The position numbers were made by a program, and so were the translations under genes. Shown piece after piece: positions 55,126 through 64,000 of a stretch of DNA of 64,000 nt (the stretch's first letter is position 1; each line of letters opens with the position of its first letter). The DNA comes from Eledone cirrhosa. Lineage: Eukaryota. A model generated the notes under the pieces. That model saw only the letters and a program-made list of their open reading frames with translations. It ran no database searches and was not told the origin of the DNA. The stretch spans positions 177,506,001 through 177,570,000 of the forward strand of contig OZ024743.1 of NCBI GenBank assembly GCA_964016885.1, read 5' to 3'.

Positions 55126-56364
55126 TTGCAGAAGTACCCGGCGTTGCCCGGGTGTAAGTCGACCTTTGGTCTGTTGTTAAAATGTTTGAAAGTTACTTCC
55201 CGCGCATCACAGGTGCAAAAACCTTCGAACCTCAAGGAAAAGAACAGAGGTTAGTATACGCAGGTGTGTAATTGAACATAAATAATGGATCAATTGTAGG
55301 TTCACAGTGTATCGTTGAAATTGTTCTTTGCAAGACTGACGGAAGTCAAATTCACTTGAAATTGAATTTTCAGTTGATTTTTAAAGCAGGGTGAAAAAGT
55401 CGATTTTTTCAAATATTTTTTTTTTTTACAATTTTGGCTCTCACATGTGAAGAAGAAGAAATAAAAGGGACGTTATCTGAATCGCGGCATAATGGACGAT
55501 TCATTTGCGACAGTTTTCACGAAAATCGGACGTTCCTGTAAAAAAATATCCCATCTGCAACTTTGCCTTGTTTTTTGCGCAAAGTCGAACCCCCGCTTCA
55601 GTTTTATTGATTTTTTACATGAACGCGTGACCTCTGAAGTAGATTTGAGTAGCTAAAGACCTTTCCCGGTAAATTTGCTATATGTGAAAAAAAGTTGATC
55701 AAAATTGCGTCTAGGGTTATTGCCCTTTGCAACAGCCTCAAGAACATGTAATTAAAAAAGATTTACCATGGACTATCGTGCACGTTGGTCTTGTGTTTAG
55801 CCTGCGAAAATCGGTGATCAATTGAGGCAACAATAAGCCATACTGGTGACGTTTAAGCGGGTGGCAAGGAATTGATGCGGCATAGATAGCCATGGGAGTC
55901 TTGAAGGAGCACGGCGGTCAGGCAAAAGAAAGGGCCGAGGATGGGATGGTGGCTGATAGTGCATGGAGGCGGCATCCTGAGGCATGAAGATGTAGTGGGG
56001 CGACGGCCAGCAGGCAAGGAAGAGGGCAAGGGTGGATGGTGGCAAGGATGCCGCATGGTGATCCATGGCAGTCTTGAAGGAGCACTGCGGGCAGGAAAAA
56101 GAAAGGGCCAAGGAGGGGATGGCGGCTGACAGAGCATTGATGCGGCATGGTGATGCATGACGATGCAGTGGGACGACGGCGTGCGGGGAAGGGAGATGGC
56201 CGGGATTGACGGTTGCAGGGATTCCGCATGGTGAACCATGGCACTCGTGAAGGACCAAGTCGTGCGGGTAAGGGAGAGGGAAGGGGAGGGCATGGTGGCT
56301 GACAGAGCATGGATGCGGCATGGTGAGGCATGACGATGCAGTGGGACGACATATATATACACAT

Positions 56365-56407
<43 letters not shown>

Positions 56408-56925
56408 TATATACACACACACATATATATATATATACACACACACATACATATATACAAAACTATATATGTGTGTGTTTATCTATGTATGTATTTTATC
56501 AGCAGGCAGGAGGTTTTAGCTGCGCCAGTGAGGTGGAAGAGAGGGAAAGAGAGTATATACATCACTATATATGTGTGTGTTTATCTATCCATGTATTTTA
56601 TCAGCAGGCAGGAGGTGTGGCTGCGCCCGAGAGGTGGAAGAGAGGGAAAGAGAGTAAGTTAGAGTTGTCCTGATTTTTGCCTCTGGTGATCCAATTATCG
56701 ATTTTTCGAAAATTTAATGTAGCGCACGTTTATCCCCGGATCAAAATACACACTTGCGTCGAGTTTCATCGATTTTTGAAAATATCGATTTTTGGCTTCT
56801 GGGGTCCCGATTATCGATTTTTCGAAATTTTCAAGTACCCTATTCCACTCTACGCGTTGAGTTTTATATATGTGTGAGGTTTCATGAAAATTGGATGAAC
56901 GGTGTAGCATGCAGTTCGGTACACC
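55122..56925 (+). mobile_element. Non-autonomous Helitron/Helentron-like element with GC-rich internal repeats
   Basis: Starts tacttgcagaagtacccggcgttgcccggg after (TA)n; subterminal tttcatgaaaattggatgaacggtgtag; internal ~190 bp and ~80 bp duplications. Confidence 0.55.
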
Positions 56926-57512
56926 CTCCCCTTCCCTCTCCCTTACCCGCACGACTTGGTCCTTCACGAGTGCCATGGTTCACCATGCGGAATCCCTGCA
57001 ACCGTCAATCCCGGCCATCTCCCTTCCCTGCACGCCGTCGTCCCACTGCCCATAAACACCGCTATTTTTCATCTTTATCACAAACAACTACACCACACCC
57101 TTACCACACACATATGATTCCAGTTCCTCAGAGAAATAACAACCCAACCAGGAACTGGGCATATCAGAGTATTGACAAAATTATACACCTCAACAACATG
57201 TGTACTTGTCTCTACCACACTAATTCGGTCTGCCTGAAGTGGTCACAGCCAAAGATGGCTGTCACCGAAATATATATAGCAGTAATAAACGAAGCTAAAT
57301 TTTAAACATTTGACTTTTTATTTTACTTTATTTTACATTACTCCGGAGTAACCAAACAAACCTGCGCACTTCGTCGAGTGCTCCAGCTGCATACTGCGGT
57401 GTTGGTATACAACCAACATTTTCTCAAAATCTATATATAAGTATATATATATTTATGAAAATATTATGAAAATAAACCAAAGAAGCCTTCAATACATCAA
57501 AAGTCTTTATTA

Positions 57513-57550
57513 GCCAACAATTTTTCGTCCTATTAAGGACTCATCAGGGC
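57513..57550 (-). ncRNA. Minimal hammerhead motif
   Basis: GCC CTGATGA GTCC ttaata GGAC GAAA AATTG TT GGC taataaa. Confidence 0.65.
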
Positions 57551-57685
57551 AATTAAAGCTATAAGAAGTACTATCGGCCAATACTAGCCAAAAACTACTT
57601 CTTCGGCTCTGTTAAATTACATTGAGCTATACCTTTACTGTCATTTCTATAATACGAAGAGGGTGTTTAACTCCAACACACTCTA

Positions 57686-57779
<94 letters not shown>

Positions 57780-57839
57780 GGTGGCTGCCAACTCGTTTTC
57801 GAGTACGGCCACTACTTTATAACCATGTAGGAGAACCCC

Positions 57840-58387
57840 TACCGATACGCTGAACGAGTGTGACTTTTTAGTCCAGCCAGCAACTTGAAAACTCTGGTAC
57901 AAACACTACACTTGTGACAATTATTGACACATAGTGCTGGGCCCATGGTACCATGTAATGACAAGTGCAGAGAGATCTCCAGATACAAAGCAATGCCTGT
58001 GCCGTGAAGCTTTTATAGTGAGCAAAGGCACTGCACAAAGCCAGTCCCACTCTCTTAACCAAGATGATATTTACCAAAAAGAAGAACAAGTCAACATCAT
58101 TGGATACCATCAGGGTTGCAGGTGTTATATCAGAGTTTTCCTTCTCCTAGAATTCTGCCTTGACAAAGGCTAAGGGGTCATCTCTCCCGGTGATTTTGGA
58201 TGGCCATTGACTCTTAAGAGCTCCTTTGCCCTTTGACAGGTTTTGTTTTTAGTCCTGCAGGATGTCCAAAGTCACCCTCCTCACCAAGAAACCTTAGTGG
58301 GGTTGCCAGTTTAGTCGCCAACGACCCGACCATGAGACAGGTTGTACTGGGATACATGTTACCAGTAGCACCAAGTGGTGACCTGAC
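57840..58387 (-). mobile_element. Probable LINE 5' leader fragment
   Basis: Homologous to 28790-28946; contains ctaggagaaggaaaactctg block also seen near 29116. Confidence 0.5.
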
Positions 58388-58390
58388 ATA

Positions 58391-58470
<80 letters not shown>

Positions 58471-58475
58471 TATAC

Positions 58476-58526
<51 letters not shown>

Positions 58527-58545
58527 TATACATATATATATATAC

Positions 58546-58646
<101 letters not shown>

Positions 58647-58677
58647 TATACACATATATATATATATATATATATAC

Positions 58678-58717
<40 letters not shown>

Positions 58718-58794
58718 CGAAGGAAATGTGGTAAGGAACCAGGTGGACCATAACGCACCAAAGTACTCAATACTTGAAGTAGTAGAGTGGGTAA

Positions 58795-58890
58795 TAGGAA
58801 CCAGTAAGACCCCGACAGCTGAGCTCAAGCCGTTTCGACGGCTAATTCGAAACGGCTTGAGCTCAGCTGTCGGGGTCTTACTGGTTCCTA
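58795..58890. repeat. Perfect hairpin, 44 bp arms, 8 nt loop, within (TA)n
   Basis: taggaaccagtaagacc..tttcga cggctaat tcgaaa..ggttccta; related to 13213-13250. Confidence 0.9.
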
Positions 58891-58994
58891 TATATATATA
58901 CATATATATACATATATATATATACATATATATACATATATATATATATACATATATATACATATATATATATATACATATATATACATATATT

Positions 58995-59078
<84 letters not shown>

Positions 59079-59134
59079 CATATATATATGATATATATAT
59101 ACATATATATATGATATATATATACATATATATA

Positions 59135-59189
<55 letters not shown>

Positions 59190-59262
59190 TATATGATATA
59201 TATATATATATATATATACATATATATATGATATATAATATATATACATATATATAGATATG

Positions 59263-59418
<156 letters not shown>

Positions 59419-59501
59419 TTATACATATATATATATATACATATATATGTGTATATATATGTATATATATATATGTGTGTATATATATATATATATATGT
59501 A

Positions 59502-59877
59502 TACGATATTAAATAAATGGAAACTATATTTATAAAACCATATTTATTTCATTATATATATTTCAGGGATATCATATTAACAATATGTTATGCCTTCCTC
59601 AGACAAAATACAATATAGACAGTTTTATAGATAAATAGATTTGACATACCGCTCAACATCGACTTGTATTTGAAAAAGTTGATTTGGCAGTCAAATCAAC
59701 TTTTTCAAATACAAGTCGATGTTGAACGGTATGTCAAATCTATTTATCTATAAAACTGTCTATATTGTATTTTGTCTGAGGAAGGCATAACATATTGTTA
59801 ATATGATATCCCTGAAATATATATAATGAAATAAATATGGTTTTATAAATATAGTTTCCATTTATTTAATATCGTAA
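59502..59877. mobile_element. Near-perfect palindrome of two PLE 3' termini, each with a hammerhead (59545-59610 minus; 59768-59833 plus)
   Basis: Each arm matches 21098-21283; core CTGAGGA. Confidence 0.9.
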
Positions 59878-59983
59878 ATATACTCCAAATACTTGTTGAG
59901 TGCTTTTATATCAGTTATAAATATTTACTAGTTGTAACCCAACAATTTAAATATAACTTTCCATATATATATGTATATATATG

Positions 59984-60029
<46 letters not shown>

Positions 60030-60030
<1 letters not shown>

Positions 60031-60714
60031 TTCGTATCTGAATTTGTTTAGCAAGATTCTTTATCTGAAATCGTGTGTTGAAACCGATATTGTTATACTT
60101 TAGGAGGGTCATGTTGCCAATAAGAAACACACGCAACACCTGCATGACTTCAATTTATTATAATAAATTTATAAATTTATAAATTTATAAATATCTGGTT
60201 GGTTGGTTGGTTCCACAACCAGATAGTTGTTTATATATTGTCCTAGTTCTTTCGTCACAGGCTCTGTGACCTCTTCAGTGACTGGGGATTCTTTTCTTTG
60301 TTTTTTGTGCCTCTCCTTTGTTCTGTCCTACGCCATTTTGTTTCTGTGTGTGTGTTGTGTGCTCAGTCTGCGCATGCGCCACATCCGGGTGTCTGTGTGT
60401 GTTTATGTTCATTTATTTATTTGTTTATTTACATGTTACGGGTTGGTTGTTTGTTCTATGTGTGTGTGCGTTTTCATTTTGTCCTTAATTGTAAGTTGTG
60501 ATGTTGCTGTTCCACTCATATTTTCTATTTAATTTTGGTTGTAATTCTTTTATGTTTATTGCCTCTGTGATTTGTCTAAACATTGCGTCTTTTCTGTGTG
60601 TAGATTCTATTTTTATTTATATGTTCTCTAATTTACCCTTGTGTTCTATTTCAGCATGTTGGTAGAGTACAGATGATTCTTTACTATCTTGAAGGTCTCG
60701 CGAGTGTTCATTTA
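60030..60714 (-). mobile_element. Naiad-like family A 3' part with hammerhead (60240-60282)
   Basis: Matches 4326-4967; GTCA CTGAAGA G GTCACAG agc CTGTGAC GAAA GAAC TA GGAC. Confidence 0.8.
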
Positions 60715-61085
60715 TCAGCATAAGATGTACTGAAGGACAATGTAGAGACAAAAATATAGTGTACATAGGTGAGACAGCTCGTAGTGTAGGGGAACGGAAA
60801 AATGGAACACAACAGGAGGAAAAAATATAACACCACTGACGATGTTGCAGATGTGCAACGAAAGATTTATGTAAATTATGTAAACTATATATATGTGTTT
60901 GTGTCTATATTGTATCTGTATTATTGTTGACCGTCGGTCAGTCAATGGCAACATTGAGGACCGATTAAGTTAGATCGTAGATATAAAAGACAGCGAGAAG
61001 CGAAAACCAACCAAACAGTGAGTGTGTTCTGTTATTAATTCTGGCAATATTACACAAATATGACCCTCCCCAAGTATAACAATAT
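60715..61085 (+). mobile_element. Family B PLE terminus fused head-to-head to family A, hammerhead-like motif 60833-60871
   Basis: Matches 49300-49545 and 6148-6305; CTGACGA T GTTGCA gatg TGCAAC GAAA. Confidence 0.75.
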
Positions 61086-61206
61086 ACATATATGTATATA
61101 CATATATGTATGTATATATATATATATATACATATATGTATATACATATATGTATATACATATATGTATGTTTATATATATATATATATACATATATGTA
61201 TATACA

Positions 61207-61286
<80 letters not shown>

Positions 61287-61316
61287 TGTATATACATATA
61301 TGTATATATATATATA

Positions 61317-64000
61317 TCATCATCATCATCGTTTAACATCCATGTTCCACGCTTGCATGGGTTTGGACGGGAATTTTCCCACTTGAGGCAAGACTGGTTG
61401 TCTTGCTCGCATAGGACTGTCTGGCGGGTTTTCTACAGCTGGATGCCCTTCCTAACACCAACCACATTTACAGTGTGGGACTGGGAGGTTTTTACCGTGT
61501 TGCCTACACGGCCACATTACAGCGTGGACTGTGTGTTTTTTTGTCGTGACACCTACACGATCTCATTTGTTTCGGCCTGGATGTTGTGGTACCAACATAA
61601 CTTTACATTGAAAGGGGCGGTGTAAATGGGTTGGGGTGGTGGGACGGGTGTGTATTTTGTTAGAGATGCCTACTGACTGTAGTAGGTTTTACTTTGTATT
61701 TAGGTAAGGCGTGTCTTCTTTATTACTGAGTGCCGCCAAAGATCTCGGTCTAGTGACATTGTCTTGGAGAGGTGTGTGTGAGGTCGGAGTTTATCAGGTC
61801 GTCCCAGGTTTTTCTGGGTCTGCCTACTCCGTGGCTACCGTCTATCTTTATTGCCCTGCACTTTTTTTATACAGCTGTCGTCTTTCCTGCGCATTACGTG
61901 ACCATACCAACGTAGCCTTCTCTCGAGTAAACAACATCTGATCCCTCTTATTTCTAATTTTTCCCTTAGTTCGTTTATGCTTTGCCGTTCGCGTATATTA
62001 CTATTACACATCCAGCGGAACATGTAAGCTTCGTTCCTCTCTAGTCTGCGTATATCCTCTGCACACAATGCCCAGGTCTCACTGCCATGCAACATTGCTG
62101 TTCGTATGCAGGCACCATACAGTCTGCCTTTCATTTTTAGGGAGAACCCTTTAGCGGCTAATAGTGGTATAAGCTCTCTGAACTTTTTTCATCCAGTTCT
62201 AACTCTAGCTACTGTACTTTCAGAGCACCCTTCCCCACTGCTGATTTTGTCACCCAGGTAACGGAAGCTGTCCACTATTTCTATAGAACCCTCTGCGCAA
62301 TTGAAAGAGCTAGTATTTGTGGGCACTTGCTGCTACTTATTGCACCAGAGCACCGGCCACATGTAAAATCTATGTTCTTCGTTAGCTTACCTATGATCCC
62401 ACTACATCTTTTATGCACCCATACTTTGCATTTGGGACATAAAATGGAGTTTCTACCTTCGCCTTTCCTACACACTGAGAATGGCCATTTCCCGGAAGGG
62501 ACCGGCGCCTTATTTTCTTTCCTACAAACTAGAACTTTAGTGTTAGCCAGGTTAATTTTAAGGCCTTTTGATTCTAGGCCGTGCTTCCATGTTTGGAATT
62601 TTTTCTCTAGCTCGGCCATTGATTCAGCTATGAGCGTTAGATCATCTGCGTATAGGAGTTCCCATGGGCAGCCGGTCTTGAACTCCACTGTTATAGCCTG
62701 AAGGGCAATAATAAATAGTAGGGGGCTAAGAACAGAGCCCTGATGAACACCAACATTTACGCTAAACTCTCCACTATATTCGTTGTTAATTCTAACCTTG
62801 CTGACTGTTTCTTTATACATGGCTCGTATAGCTCTCACAAGCCATTCATCAACACCTAGTTTTCTAAGAGCCCACCAGATAATGGAACGGGGGACTCTGT
62901 CGAAGGCTTTCTCCAAGTCGACGAAAGCTAAGTATAGGGGTTTACTTTTAGCTAGGTATTTCTCCTGTAGTTGTCGTACAATGAAAAGAGCGTATGTGGT
63001 ACTTTTGCCTGACACAAACCCGAACTGCATTTCATCTCGATCAATTCTCTCTCTGATTAGTTGCGCTATTACTTTTTCCGTGACCTTCATGACCTGGTGG
63101 ATTAATTTAATGCCTCTATAGTAACTCCTATCTAGGGCGTCTCCTTTACCCTTGTAGCAGTTAATGATGATGCTGCTACGCCAGACCTTCGGAACAACCC
63201 CATTCTGTATGACTTGGTTTACTATCCGGGTGACCATGGTGTGTCCCACCGTTCCAGAGCCTTTTAGCATCTCAGCAACTATTTCCGAAGGCCCAGCCGC
63301 CTTACCCGTCTTCATATCTTTGATTGCCTTACTTATTATACTACCTTCGACTAACACTGCTGGTCCCTCTATTGGGTCGATGTGGGGGAGACTGTCTTTC
63401 TCCCATTTATTCTCCTCATTTAGTAGCCTTTCGTAGTGACACTTCCAAGCTACCTTCTTATCAGCGTCAGTGATGGCAAGTACGCCATCATCATTAAGTA
63501 CACACTTCTCCCCGACAATATCACGGTTTTCCTTGACACATTGCCTAGCAATCCTGAACACCTCCCGTTTTGGTCCTCGCGTTGTAGAACATACTTGAAC
63601 TTTCTTTCCTCTGCCTCCCTTCTTGCGAAGTACACTTGTCTCCTAGCTTCCCTCCTGGCCACTTGATAGTCTTCTCTACTTCCCCCAACCCGCCATACTT
63701 TCCAAGCCTGCTTTTTGGCCTTAATTGACTCCTCCACCTTACTGTTCCACCACCATCTTACTCTCCTCCTGCCTACAATCCTGCTCCAGCCACAGACTTC
63801 GTCTGCCGCCATCAGCAGGTTTGCTTTCAGGAATTCCCACTGTTCCTCTATATTGTACGACTCTAATTTCTCTTCCTTACTGTCGAAAGCATCAAGTAAT
63901 ATACTTTTAAATTTATTTCTGGCTGTGGGGTCCTTTAGCTTCCATATTTTTCTCCTGAGGATAATCCTCTTCTGCTGTCGAGTACGTCTCGTCCTGGCTA
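61317..64000 (-). mobile_element. RTE-clade LINE, runs off window
   Basis: RT ORF pieces 63450-63812, 62281-63561, 61835-62134; 3' end catggatgttaaac(gat)n. Confidence 0.9.
62281..63561 (-). pseudogene. RTE reverse transcriptase (frameshifted) followed by Cys/His finger
   Basis: AFVDLEKAFDRV, GVHQGSVLSPLLF, LYADD; then SVC..CPKC..WVHKRC..CGRC. Confidence 0.85.

Noticed and set aside
55818-56460. GC-rich overlapping 180-208 aa ORFs as a captured gene
   Set aside because: Open in several frames because of repeat composition; begin in microsatellite; no domain motif.

Overview
AT-rich, microsatellite-dense animal genomic DNA; the SINE/RTE repertoire resembles coleoid cephalopod (Octopus-like) DNA, which is an inference. 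Only two host exons are recognisable (43578-43679 and 386-520, minus strand), encoding consecutive kinase-domain segments of an ALK/LTK-family receptor tyrosine kinase and separated by a ~43 kb intron; the rest appears intronic. The introns are packed with Penelope-like retroelements (PLEs) of at least three types (YRDD-type, Naiad-like, Neptune-like), RTE and other LINE fragments, tRNA-derived SINEs, a Chapaev3-like DNA transposon (TIRs plus TTA TSD) and a Helitron-like element. Two patterns stand out. (1) About 29 minimal type-I hammerhead ribozyme motifs, found by eye and some degenerate, including recurrent non-canonical cores (U3-A8 and C4 variants). (2) Most PLE insertions are head-to-head, double-ended structures with outward-pointing 3' ends that usually abut (TA)n; three join two different PLE families, several have snap-back hairpins at the junction, and sizes range from 5 kb palindromes to ~100 bp hairpins. 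Most short ORFs in the track are microsatellite or antisense artefacts. Element boundaries and identities are estimated by eye.
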